Positions 1-12,812 of a DNA stretch of 64,000 nt are shown one piece after another. The position numbers and the translations under genes are program-made. Origin of the DNA: Macrostomum lignano (Eukaryota); NCBI GenBank assembly GCA_002269645.1, contig NIVC01003317.1:1-64000 (forward strand), in the 5' to 3' direction. The notes under the pieces are model-generated. The model worked only from the letters and a program-made list of their open reading frames with translations, did not search any database and was not told the DNA's origin. Every line of letters starts with the position of its first letter. Within the stretch, counting starts at the first letter, position 1.

Positions 1-645
1 TCCCCGGATTTACGTGCAAGGGGGAAGCCAGAAGCGGAGGCGCACCGTTTTTCCATGTAGCCACCGTGTAAACTGCCCTCTTTTTCTAGTGTCTACGCGT
101 GGCGGACGACAAGATAGACTACGGGGCTCACAGAGCTGAGAAGCGTTTTCACCGCCAGTCTATTCAACAGCTTAGCAAATGCCGGCTCACTGAGACTGCC
201 TGTTTTCCCTATAGCCGGTTGAGCACAGCAAGGAAGATGCGCTGTTGAGAGAGACAAACGAAAGAATTGATGGCTGAGGGATAGATATAAATGACAGAGA
301 CGGAGCTGAGAAGCCACGGAAGCAGAAAAGTTGAGCGGGTCACGCGATCTGTCAATTTTAGCAGCCAATCGAGGCGAGGCAGGACTGCTCTCGCCCCTTT
401 AAATTCGCGATAGCAGGAAAGAAAAGTAGAGTTCTCAACCCATGTTTCCTAAATCATCTCAAATTCGGACTACCTGGCTGAAGCAGCTGCTGAAGCGCCT
501 ATAAAATGCTCGTAAACTGATACTTTGTGATTTGAAACAACACTTCACCTCGCTCAGGTTTCGCAAGTCCAAGTCGTCCAGCGACAAGGCGGGTGGCAGC
601 AAAGGCGCCGGCGGCAAAAGAGACGACGGAGGCGACCCGAGCAAG

Positions 646-2724
646 ATGGGCTGCGGCCGAGCTCCAGCGCGATGACGACTCGGAGCAGCAACAGCAACCG
701 CTGCAGAAGCAGCAAAAAGACGACGGCAAGAAACATGGCAAGCAAAAACGATCGAAGTCGCCGCAGACTGGCGGCAAAGACGTCACCGATGCCTCTGTGG
801 AGGCTCTGAGCATCAAATCCGCTCTGCTCATCCAGAAGTGGTACCGCAGGTACAAGGCCCGCCTCGAGGCCAGACGCCGCACCACCTGGATGATTTACCA
901 GAGCATCGAGTACTCAAGCGAGGCCAGCCAGCTGCACCTGTACAATTTCTTCAGCGACATGATGCAGCTTGCAGACGGAAAGCAGCCCCAGCAGCCCCAG
1001 CAGCAGCACCTGAGTCCCGCCGGCTCCGGCGACCCTGCCAACAACCGCTTCGCCGAACGGCTTCGCCAGAAGAGCCTCGAAGAGGAGGACCAGGAGCTCC
1101 TGGAACTGACCAGCTACGAAGGCATCCAAGTTGAAAAGAGCTATCGCGGTCCCCATCTAAGCTTCCCGCTAAGCGCCAGCCACGTGCAGGTACTGATTGA
1201 CAGCTTCCGTCAGGGCACGCAACTGCACTCGCGCTACTTGCTGCAGTTGCTGCACGAGGCTCGCCTGTTGCTGAAGACCAAGCCGAACGTGTACCAGGCC
1301 AGCACCAGCATCTCGCGACAGGTCACCGTTGTTGGCGACTTGCATGGCAAGCTAGACGACCTACTGGTGATATTTTACAAGAACGGACTGCCGGACGTCA
1401 CCAACCCATACGTATTCAACGGTGACTTCGTGGACCGAGGCGCAAACTCGGTGGAGACGGCGGCCCTGCTGTTCGCCTGCCTGCTGGTCTGGCCGAGCGC
1501 CGTGTTCATCAACCGGGGAAACCACGAGGACCACCTCATGAACTGCCGCTACGGCTTCATCAAGGAGGTGCAAGCCAAGTATAAGACGCCTGCTAATAAG
1601 ATTGTACGTCTCTTTGGCGACACCTTCTCCTGGCTGCCTCTGGCGACAAATATCGACGACAAAATCCTAGTGACTCATGGCGGCATCTCCGACAAGGTGG
1701 ACATGGAGCGTGTTCAGAAGCTAGACAGGCATCAGTACCTGTCGGCGTTGAAACCGCCCGTTAGCGACAACGAGAACGCAAAGGTCGACTACAAAGAGTG
1801 GCGTCAGGTGTTGGACCTGCTCTGGAGCGACCCAAAGCCCCAGGCCGGCTGCGCACCGAACACTTTCCGCGGTGGCGGCTGCTACTTCGGGCCGAATATC
1901 ACCGAGGCGTTTCTTCGAAAGCACAAGTTCTCGCTGCTTGTCCGTTCGCACGAGTGCAAACCAGACGGCTGGGAGTTCTGCCACGGCGGCGCCGTGCTGA
2001 CTCTGTTCTCCGCCTCCAACTACTACGAGGACGGTAGCAACAAGGGCGCCTATGCAAAGTTTGACGCGGAGGGCAAGCCGCACATCGTCCAGTACATGGC
2101 CAGCAAGGCGCGGAAGCTGCCAGTAGGCCGGCGACTGTCCACCGTTGAAGAGGGTGCGCTGAAGGACCTTCGGGCCAAGGTAATCGCCAGCAAGACAGAA
2201 CTGACCGCCGCTTTTCAGCGCTTTGATCCGGATAAAACCGGTTCCATCCGGTTGGCCGACTGGTGCGAAGCGATGGAGCAGACACTGAGGTTGGGCCTGC
2301 CGTGGCGGACGCTGCGACCGCACCTGGCCCAGCTGGCTAAGGACGGCCGACTGCTGTACATGACCAGTTTCGATTGCGTCAGCATCCAGACCAAGCTGGG
2401 AGCCAGCGCTGGCAAAGAGGTCGCTGGCTCGCTCACTGAGGCAGTGTACAAAAACAAAGAGGAGCTGGAGACCATCTTTAGAATCATGGACAAGACAACA
2501 GCGGCCAGATTAGTCTGGACGAGTTCCAGGAGTCCTGCCGCGTGCTGACGCAGGCCACGGGCCGTCAGATGACCGAGGCGGAGGTCGGCGACATGGCCCG
2601 CTCGATGGACCTCAACAGCGATGGGTACATCGACTTCAACGAGTTCCTGGAAGCCTTTCGTATCATCGACACGAGGAAGCGACAGGAGGACGCGGCCGGA
2701 GCTCAAGGTGGCAGCAGCGGCTGA
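646..2724 (+). CDS. PPEF: Serine/threonine protein phosphatase with EF-hands (PPEF/rdgC family), intronless, with apparent frameshifts near 655-670 and ~2494
   Basis: IQ motif (ALLIQKWYRRYKAR) and PPP catalytic motifs GDLHG, GDFVDRG, RGNHE, HGG, RSHE, SASNY. C-terminal EF-hands DKDNSGQISLDE (restored by adding one G at ~2494) and DLNSDGYIDFNE. ATG GGC TGC GGC at 646 gives the family-typical MGC start but is out of frame with ORF 593..2548. Confidence 0.93.
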
Positions 2725-2996
2725 AAACGTCAGTTACCAGAATACAAAGGAACCCATGTAGTACTTACTTGATTTTAATACGCTGTGCAGTAAAGTTTAC
2801 GCACTAACTTTATCATAAATATGTCGAAGCTATGTGCAGCCATCACGACTAGAAACACTGTCCTTGGCACACTGTTTAGACCAGGTAGTTGGTACAAATA
2901 ACTAAAAGTTCGCCAAGATGCACCTCGTTATACCATCATCTCTATTGTTATTTTTGATCCAGTGCACCCAAATTCCTCTAAGCTTGATTGATTGTC

Positions 2997-3006
2997 AATA
3001 AATAAA
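2997..3006 (+). promoter_or_regulatory. Overlapping AATAAA polyadenylation signals of the PPEF gene
   Basis: AATAAATAAA about 270 nt after the stop at 2724. Confidence 0.55.
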
Positions 3007-3639
3007 TGTGTACGGTTCGTTTATTTAAGCACACAATAAATTTTGATCTAATTTAGCTCCGTAGGATCTATACTGTTAGAAAAGGCCCTTACAGATACCT
3101 CATGTTTGAGTGAGCGCATGATTAACACAAAACAAGAAAAATGACTTCCAAGACCTTCGGGGCCCCCGGGCGCGCCTTGCGAGGCTATTCCAATTTACGA
3201 TCGAATATATATATATAGAAATAATAACCCACTGGTTCCAATTTTATCAATTCATAAATATATATATTCATTTGGAAATGCAATTTGCTTGTCGGGAGTG
3301 AACGAGAGCTCCTCTGCAGCAAAACCGAGTCGAGCACAAGCCCCCTCTCCAGAGACCTCAAGTATTAGCTCAGGCATTCATCTGCACTGCGAGGCTTTCG
3401 GCTCTACAAAATTAATCCCTTCGCTTTAATCCTCGGTAGAAAATGAAATTGCTAGATCAATTTCAGGCATGCACCGCCGGGCCCTGGCCGCAGGATTCGG
3501 AGTGAGTCTAGGCTGTAAATCCTGACAAAGAATTTAAATAGATAGTAGGGTCAAATGGGAAGCAGAAATGTTTCGTCCCAGAAAGGGCCAAACTGAGTAC
3601 ATATTTGACGTCATTCTATACCGGGAATCAAGGCACCAA

Positions 3640-3865
3640 AACATGGTGCTAAATAGCGCAAAAACCGTGTGCAAAATAGCGCAAAAACCGTGTGCAAAAT
3701 AGCGCAAAAACAGGGTGCAAAATAGCGCAAAAACCGTGTGCAAAATAGCGCAAAAACCGTGTGCCAAATAGCGCAAAAACAGGGTGCTACGTGGCGCCAA
3801 AACAGGGTGCTAAATTATACTCGTAGCGCCAAAACAAGTTACTAAATGGCGCAAAAACAATGCAC
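3640..3865 (+). repeat. 22-23 bp minisatellite (AAATAGCGCAAAAACCGTGTGC / ...CAGGGTGCT)
   Basis: About 9-10 tandem copies; an inverted relative of the 5630-6005 array. Confidence 0.9.
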
Positions 3866-4437
3866 TACGTTCTACCCCTGTTGACCCCGCCCACCCCCTC
3901 GGGTATGCCTCTGCATAATGGCAATTACATGTCCTCACTTATGTCAATATCGCAGCTTTCTATCTTAGTTAAAGGCCTGACAGAAAGGGACACGGAAGCG
4001 TGAAGAGATTTTCTCAATCATTCCCGCACCAATTCTGTCATATTTCTTTATTGGATTTTTCAAAGTTGAGCTTTGCTGTGTTGTGAGGACCGGCTTCTCT
4101 GATCAGCTGGAACTGGCATTGAGGATCAGATGAGGAGTCACTTCTCGTCTCGGTTGAGCAGAATGTACTAGCTATTTATTTGCAAGAAAGGACATCGGCT
4201 GCGGATATATATCAACAGTAAAAGCAAAGCTTATTTTGAATTTTATAACTTGCCCGTATTTGCTCTCCACTACTCAGGTGTACTTTAAAAGCGTATAGGT
4301 CGATTGTTAACAAGGTTGAAACCTTTTTGACCTTAACTTTTTTTAACTGCATATAATTACACTCCTACATGGGCTTATAAAAAGTTATTTCTTTCTTTGT
4401 TGTCTCCTCGACGGGGGAGTCAAAAATAGCTAACTAG

Positions 4438-4924
4438 TCCACTATACTAAAAATGAGTCATCGAGTAATAAACGAGTGAGCGTGTATACTAAAAATGTGT
4501 TCTGAGTGACTGCAATGTAAAAAATAAATAAAACATCCTGTAAAAAATAAAAAAGAATCTCGTCAAACATAAAAGAGGCACCATGTGAAACATAAAAGAA
4601 GCGTATTGCAAGATATGAAAAGGCACCATGAAACATAAAAGAAGCGTAATGCAAGATATGAAAAGGCACCATGTGAAACATAAAAGAAGCGTAATGCAAG
4701 ATATGAAAAGGCACCATGTGAAAAATAAAAGAAGCGTAATGCAAAGATATGAAAAGGCACCATGTAAAACATAAAATAAGCGGCATTTAAACATCAAAGA
4801 AGAATCATGTAATAGGCTTGGGGGAATTGCTGAGATGTGAAGGCAAATAAATACATGTAGGATACACAAATAATTTTCGTCCTTTGCTTATAGGCAGCCC
4901 CGAAGGGGGGCACAAGATTGCTAG
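4438..4924 (+). mobile_element. Non-autonomous Helitron-like unit in a head-to-tail stack
   Basis: Starts TCCACTATACTAAAAA and ends with GC hairpin GCCCCGAAGGGGGGC plus CTAG (4921-4924). It is preceded by another hairpin+CTAG (4403-4437) and followed by a second TCCACTATACTAAAAA. Contains an internal ~45 bp tandem repeat at 4565-4790. Confidence 0.65.
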
Positions 4925-5629
4925 TCCACTATACTAAAAACTAACTGTAGAGTAATAAATAAGTGTGTATACTAAAAATGTGCTCTGACTGACAATGAAT
5001 CAAATAAAATGTAGTCATTTTTTGACACACCCACGCAGGAGCTTGCCACTGGTAAATCCTGCTCAACGAGTGTACTTTTATATGGAATGCAATAGGAACA
5101 GAAGTATAATATATTGATATAAGCGCGTGTGTCAATACTGCGCGTCAGTCAGTCAGTCAGGCACCACCCTCAACGACTTACCATGCATCCTCTTGGTCTC
5201 ACCCCAAAGCCCAATAATAATCAGCAGAAGCAGCAGCAGTAGCGCCCCTTGATGCTTAGCCTCATCCCCTTTCCCAATTCGTCCCAGCGATTCACGCATG
5301 ACAGAGGCCATCGAGCGAATCAATATTCCCCGTTAGAGACACAAAGCGTATAGCTTACCTTTGCCTTATTGACTGATGCCCAGCGACTTGGGCAATGGGG
5401 TGGCTTAGGGTGGAGCATCGAGTTTTATTGTATTTGCACAGGAAAGGAATATGGCTAGGTATACTGGCTGCTGCTGCTGCACTCAACGGGAAATGCTTTA
5501 AAGACTCGATTATTGCTTGGCTGCTGGCAGATGCGTATAAAATGCGTTAATATTGATAATTTATATCCTTGCCATTAAAACGCTGTTCTACTTTGCATGC
5601 TAGCGGAGCTGGTTGTGCTATTTTGGACC

Positions 5630-6005
5630 CTTTTTTGACGCCACTTAGCAAGCACCCTGTTACGGCACTACTTAGCCCCCAGTTTTCGCGCCACTTAATT
5701 AGCACCAGTTTTGCGCGCCACTTAGCACAGTTTCGGCGCCACTTAGCACCCTGTCTCAGCGCCACTTAGCACCAAGTTTCGTGTCACTTAGCACCCGCTG
5801 TTTTGGCGTCACTTAGCACCCAGTTTTGGCGCCACTTAGCAACAGTTTTGGGGCCACTTAGCACCCAGCTTTCGGCGCTACTTGGCTCTAGTTTTGGCGC
5901 CACTTAGCACCCAGCTTTCGGCGCTACTTAGCTCTAGTTTTGGCGCCACTCAGCACCCAGCTTTCAGCGCTACTTAGCTCTAGTTTTGGCGCCACTTAGC
6001 ACCTT
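5630..6005. repeat. ~23 bp minisatellite (TTTTGGCGCCACTTAGCACCCAG)
   Basis: About 15 degenerate tandem copies. Confidence 0.9.
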
Positions 6006-6704
6006 GTTTCGCTCATTCTAAATGATTATGCCACTCTGATAGTTCTCTCTTCAAATAATGAGAGCTGACTGTACATGGCTCAGGCTGCAGAATTGAATGC
6101 AGGCTGCAGAGAAAGTTCCTAGGTGGACAACAAAAGACGAGCAGAAGGCGCATCTGTAAAAAAGTACATTTGGCCCTTTCAGACACTGAGAAAAAACTGC
6201 CAGTATACGTTTTTCCTACACTGTATATTTAAGCATTTTAAAACTCTTTTCTACCCTATATTTTACCATATTTGCTTATTATCAAAAAAATACATGTACA
6301 GCAGATTCTGCCATCCATCTCTACTATTGTTGAGCGCGCCATTAGTTACTTTATGATAATTCAAAAAAGCAAAAATATAAACACTACGGAAAAAACTGGA
6401 AGCGATTTGCTAATTTTCCTACTGACAGTAGGAACACAAGTTTCTGTCCATTTTGTTTGAATAAAATTCTAAGCTAGCTTTTTACAAACGAATATATTTA
6501 TTATATATTTGCTGGGTTCCCAAACTTCTTTTTTGACAGCAATGAGCAGAGTGAGTGCAAGTTAGCAGAGTTGGTTTAAAGATTATTTTGACAAACTTGA
6601 CATCTAACTGTTATTAATATTTATTTAAATTTATTAGGCTAGTAACTACTATAAAGAATTCCAGTTCAACACCAGTCTAGTTACTGTCAGTAGTCCAAAG
6701 CAGT

Positions 6705-9700
6705 TCAGTCTATCGCGTACACGGGCTCCACAGTGCGGCTGTAATAGCCGAATGACCGATACATGGCCATCTCTTTCAGCGTGTCCTCGTCATAGCGGTA
6801 GGTCCTGCGCAGCGGGTTGTGCCGAACCCGGCCGAGCAGCACGTCCAAGGTGGAGCCGCCGTCCCAGGGGTTCAGCACCGACCACTGGTGCATTCTGGGA
6901 TCCCGCTTCAGCAGAGTTACCACTCGCTTGGCCTCCGCCATGGTCAGGCCGCCTTCTGGCATGTCGTCTGGGACCTGCGGGTCAGGGGGTGTCAGCTAGG
7001 GGTCAGGTTGGGTCATGCTGGGAAATGGGCCAGGTCATGGGAAATGGGCCAGGTCATGGGAAATGGGTCAGGTCATGGGAAATGGGTCAGGTCATAGGAA
7101 ATTGGTCAGAATCATAGGATATGGGTCAGGTCATGGGAAATGGGTCAGGCCATAGGAAATGGGTTAGGTCATAAGAAATGGGTCAGGGTCATGGGAAATG
7201 GGTCAGTTCATGGGAAATGGGTCAGGTCATGGGAAAAGGGTCAGAGTCATGGAAAATGGGTCAGGGTCCATGGGAAATGGGTCAGGTCATTGGAAGTGGA
7301 TTAGGTCATAGGAAATGGGTCAGGTCATAAACAAAAAATACAAACCTGGATTCCAAACAGCCGATCAATGCAAACCCTGGTGTTGGAAAAGCGCATTCTG
7401 CTGAAGTATTTGGAGTCAGTATTGAACATGGCCTGACGCCAGTGGATCAGCTTAGTGTCAATATCGGTTGACAGGTGCTTCTGGTCCAGATCGATTTTGC
7501 ACAGCTGCTCGGCAATGTATGTGACGTCATTTTCGTCATTGAAATCGTAATCTTCAACATCGATGGTGGTGACCTCGGAGAACCTAGGGGATGTAAGTTG
7601 GATTAGTAGACCACAGATGCTAGAATAACTAGATGGGCTACTCAGCATATTTGCGTGTAAGCTACTTTCAGTTCAGTAGTAAGTTTAACATGAAGTATTT
7701 TAATTTATTTTCAAATCCAAGGCTTATTTATTCGCTCTTAGTATCCCCTAGCTTAAATCCTCCAACCGCGCCTTTCCTCACTACCCTAATTTTGATTGCC
7801 TTACTCGGAATTCCAGCCCAAAGCTGCCATGTACATTTCCGTGGACTGGCTAATGTACATTATTGCTGAACCAATTAGCAAGCTGTTTACGCCTGCAAGC
7901 CTTGGGCTTCTAAGTTTATCAAAGTGATTTCAGCTGACTTTATTTTTATAAAATAGCTTATGTATTCTTCTTTGCTACTGAACTAAAAGTAGAAAGCTGT
8001 TTTGCTAAGTATATATGCCTGAGTGGTCCACCTAAATATTCTAGTATATTTGGGTTAGACTAAGACAAGGTGCTCAAGACAGACGAATCAGATTATTAAG
8101 TAGAATTATGGCCATAGACATCGCAAAGCAAAATACCTGGTAGCCTTATCCAGATACTCGCTCTCATAGACCTGTTTGATCACCTCCAAGAACTTGTCAG
8201 TGATGCCAGACTCCCAGGGCACGGCACGCTTATCCAGATTGCGCCTACTGAGTGAAACTGGGGAGCGCAGGTAGACAATCAGGTGCGGCCGGAACAGTAC
8301 AGAGCTTACGTGCTTGTCATAGTACTGCAGCCAGTCTCGGGCATCGCTGGACAGAAGGCCGCACTCGGCCATGGCTCGGGCAAAAACGTACGTGGCGAAT
8401 GGACTGCGGTTCATCACAAAGCCTTGGCCTGATGGGGGGGGACAAAAATGATCAGCATTGAAGTCAGATGGGTTTGTGTCATACCATGTGTCATGATATA
8501 TCAATTTTGATTCACGCTTTACACTCAATTTTTTAATTTAAGTAATCCGTAAACATTGAATCTGCAGACATCTACATCTGTGGATCAGAAAGGCTTAGCA
8601 GTTTAAAGGATGTTGGTATATTTGATGTAATCACTAAAACATAGTTGACTTTAAAAATCAAAGAGCCTTGAAAAAAAGTGGTACAGATTGAAAACTTACA
8701 AGCATAGACTAAAAAAAACAATCTAAAAAGACAGTCTAATATCAGAAAACATGAAGAATGAGTTCTAGATATACCTAAACCTAAATAGGCCCCTTTTAAA
8801 AGATAAAAAATTTTAAATTGTTTACTAGCCCAAAACTTCACTAGCATTGATATGTGGCTTATAATCTAATTGCTCTTTTTTCTTTGGTATATTGATTAAG
8901 GTAGTGCTATTCAACTATTGTATTAAAAAACAAAATTATTTGTACTAAATTGAACTTATGCAAGAGGCTAAATATTTTTTGTTTAAAAACAATCAAAACT
9001 TGTTTTAAAATGCAAAAAAAACACAAAATATTTTTGGGAATTACTTTTTTGTTATAAACATTTGGGAGAAAACAACTATACATAGGAGGATTTTTTTAAA
9101 CAAAACCATCAAACTAACTTGTTTTGTGAACTAAATCTCAAGCAGTTCAAACAAAATGTATCAATAAAAACCAAAATACATGAAAATGCTACTAGACTAC
9201 ATTAGAACCACTGGTACAAATTTGGGTAAAAGTTTTTTAAGGGTAGAAGCAAAAAACCCTAGTACAACTTGATGATAGATTTTTGGGATTCTTTTTCAAG
9301 ATAGAACATTTACCCCTAGAACATAACTTCAACAATGGTTTAAAGCCTATGTATTTAATTTTATTTTTTTGTGCATTGGGGATATCATGTATTATCTTGA
9401 CTTTCCAGATTGCATTCTTAAATTGGGCCTTGGATACAATTTTGCATTTTAATGCCAGCAAAAAACCTAATATACTTTGGTTATATCAATTTGTAGTATA
9501 ATTGCTACCTTTTTGCATATCATAAATATATAAATTTGTACCTTACTCAAACTAAGCATATATACAGCCTTGTTTCTACTCACTGGATGCAATTTGAAAA
9601 TCTATATTAGAATAATTTAACAAATAGCAGATGGCTAGCTATCTGTCACATTTTCAAAATTTAAAATGTCACATTCAGGGGCGTAGCCAGGATTTTTTTG

Positions 9701-11487
9701 GGGGGTATCGGTTAGCTGTTATCAGAAAGCAAGGGCTTGAGATCCACATATCCCCTTAATGTATTTCTAGTGCATAATACATATAATTACTCTATTTGTT
9801 TGTTAATTGTTATTCTTTCGATTTGGATACCTTTCTCTTCCTTTCTCTTTGGTCACAATTGCAACTGAAAAAAGGAAAAAAAATGTTGCTTTGGAAATTT
9901 GGGGGTATCAGCCGATATACCGATACCCCCCTCGCTACGCCCCTGGTCATACATGCGCAACCTTCAAAATTCGGTCGGCCATGCGACTTAGTTTTAACAA
10001 AAATGCGACGTAGTCTTTGGCCAAAAATGCGACTTACATGTAAAAAAAACCCAAACGCAAAATTAACGCAACTTTGGGTAAACGGCAGGAGTAACTATGA
10101 CTGTTTTATTAAGGCAAAATGCCTCGTCAGCTACTTAGTACTACTACTTTAGTATTTTTTTGGGTGGGCATTTTTGCGACTTTCTTGGTTGGCCGCCAAA
10201 TCAGTCGGCCGGATTGGCCGACTCGGCCGACTGTTGCGCATGTATGCCCCTGGTCACATTATGTAATAAAGTTGAAGAGCAGGGCAGTACTACATGTTAT
10301 ATTGCCATTGAAAGGTGGCAGTGCCAAAAGCATGACAAGTATATAACATTGCATAAAGAATGTTAGTCAAGAGTTGTCATTCAAGACTTTGAGTATACAG
10401 ATGATATGATTATAGAATCATATTAGCTACTAATTATTATCTTGACCAAAGTTTAAAAATATGTATTTGCTTCAAATTATAGAATTTTCAAAATGTTACA
10501 CTGCAATCTTTAATTCATAGTTTGACCTTAAATGTTCAGTTATAGGGGCCTACTAGTATATAAACAATTTAACTAATAATAGTTATAGAAATCTAAGTGG
10601 AAGGTTGCCACTATGAGTTGAAGATCCTTGCATAACCAACACAACACAATATGACAATTTAGTAAAATTGTCCAGCAAACTATTTGTTTTCTTTATAACC
10701 CATAGATAATTCAATAAAGAATATGACAACTTTGGTTAGAGCCATTAGAGAACACTTAATATTGGCTTAAGAGTTAAAAAGAGACTTCATTGTTAAATAT
10801 TAAAAATTATTAAATACGACAAATCTAAAACAAAATCTATATAACATAGGCTTAGTCTACAAAATGTTCATAATACTAGCATAAGTCATACAGGCTATTA
10901 GGTTTAAATAGTGTAATCTATGCTTTATTCTACAAAGGGTCATAATTATAATTTACTAGCAAAAATCGATGCACTTAAATAATACCTGTGTTAAACAGAT
11001 GTCCACAACCTTTCCAATAGTCTAGACATCGGTACATATAGTAGTTTTGCTGGAGGTACAATGGCTTTCCATCTTTAATAGGATCTTTATCTGTGTAGAG
11101 CATCTCAGTTGTGTAAAACTGAAGTCGTTTAGGCAACACTTTGTTGTAGTCCCTGTAGTCAAGCCCAGGTTCAAAATTTCTGTCAATAAAGAAGTTGTCA
11201 TCATTTACGCCTGGGATGTACTTCAGGTACAAAACGTCGGCGAGATGACGCGCAAAAGTTCCCTTGCCAACAGCGATATTGCCCTCGACAGTAATTGATT
11301 TACTGTTTTCATTCAAGTGGTACTGTGGGCGATCGTAGAAACTTGGTTTTGCGTGAAGCTTTTCATAGGGGTGATCCAACCAGTAGTATTGAATACCCTT
11401 GGATTTCAGTTGAAGAGCACATCGAGGCTGCGTAAAGCCCAGAGAACAAGAACGAAGGATTCCTGGGCGAAGCAAAGCGAAAGACAT
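6705..11487 (-). CDS. NDUFA10: NADH dehydrogenase 1 alpha subcomplex subunit 10 (CI-42kD, dNK fold), 4 exons
   Basis: complement(join(6705..6974,7346..7583,8137..8428,10986..11487)) = 1302 nt, 433 aa, all introns GT-AG and in phase. Basic presequence-like N-terminus; ITVEGNIAVGKG P-loop; GQGFVMNRS and PHLIVYL motifs. Confidence 0.92.
6990..7328. repeat. 19-20 bp minisatellite (GGGTCAGGTCATGGGAAAT) filling NDUFA10 intron 3
   Basis: About 17 copies occupying ~90% of the 371 nt intron. Confidence 0.92.
9676..10252. mobile_element. Composite hAT-type MITE(s) in NDUFA10 intron 1
   Basis: 8 bp TSD GTCACATT (9668-9675 and 10253-10260). TIRs CAGGGGCGTAGC/GCTACGCCCCTG bound 9676-9945. A second inverted pair CATACATGCGCAA/TTGCGCATGTATG bounds ~9948-10246. 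Confidence 0.8.
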
Positions 11488-12589
11488 CGCGAATTCCTTA
11501 CTTCCAGCTCCCGTTCGGTAAAGTCTTTCCTAATTGGTTATGGTTAGTAGGAAATATTAATAATAAATAATTTGAGGACTTAGAAAGCTGTAAACGCCTG
11601 GAAATATACACATCAAAGCTCACCTGCTGGAAAAAAATTTCTGAGATTCATAGAATATTTACAAAGTTTAAATAGTAGACAAAAAATTAATCTGCATAAC
11701 AAAAGCAAGAACGTTTACTGGGTAAAAACTAAAAATAAGAAAAATAATATTACATATGTCCATAATAAAAACAAAAAAAGTTATTAAAAAGTACTTTATA
11801 CATATTAGTCCATCTGAAGACATCGTGAACGAAGGCAGTCAATTCCGCTAGTCATTTGGGCAAGTATAGAATCATATTTTTGCGGTGCTGCGACCTGCGT
11901 TAGTAATCCGGCAGTGCGATAATTTAGGGCTATAGGGAGCACCATAGATTTTATGATTGGACAACTGCTAAGTTAAGAATTCGACCACATTATTTGTGTA
12001 TTATGCAGACATATGTATGACTTAAAATAATTCCTGTAAAAATATTTTATTGAAAATCGGTATTGACAGTTCTCATTTTGGCGCGCAGGCACTCATTTTG
12101 GCGCCGTAGTCTCTAATATACGTGTATACATGTATTTCTCGTACACTAAGGAAAAAATTATTGATTTTCACAACGGGTAACAATCATAATATGGTGGGAT
12201 GTGGAGGACAAAGCATGGCATGTCCCCTTACTTGGGGACATGTCTCCCTGCCCCCCCCGGTGGCGACGCGGCTACATGTGCAATCAATGATCAATCTGTA
12301 CATCGAGGCGCTCTTGGAAAAGTAAAAAATGAAAACCGGACAGAAAATGCATGCATGATATGACATGATTTGATACTGTATCTTCCTTTTACGTAAGATC
12401 TATAGAATTGTCCTTAATGTCCATAATTTCAAGAGAGTATATACCGAAGGGAAATTTAGCTGCGCATTGCTCGCGCTGTAGTGCTCGGGCGCGTACGTGC
12501 ATGTACGTAGAAGTACATGTACATGTGCAGCCGTAGTATTAAAGATCTCTGCTATTAAATGGCCTACATGTATATGTACATGTAATCAT

Positions 12590-12812
12590 GGCCGGCGTCC
12601 AGTCGCCATGGATTTTATTGTGGGGGACGAAGCCTACATTCTACATGTACATGTACAGTGCACATACAAAGCACACGACGTGGGCAAGTGTTGGAAGCGC
12701 TCATTTTGTCGCCGCAGGCACTTATTTGGCGCCACAGGCACTCTCATTTCGGCGCCGCAGATAAATAAATATTCACTCTGTACCCCCGGCCGTTGGCGAC
12801 GCCCCTGCATGT
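12590..12812. mobile_element. Degenerate MITE remnant
   Basis: Right end GGCGACGCCCCTG resembles the CAGGGGCG TIR family; the left end is degenerate; internal ATTTGGCGCC motifs. Confidence 0.4.

Noticed and set aside
593-645. ORF-track starts at GTG/TTG (e.g. 593, 59696, 62392)
   Set aside because: Non-ATG starts reflect a bacterial code setting; eukaryotic ATGs or splice acceptors explain the genes better.
499-2706. Minus-strand ORFs over PPEF; similar shadow ORFs over RASEF, the Gypsy and 31143..32306
   Set aside because: Antisense shadows of GC-rich or repetitive coding sequence with no independent motifs.
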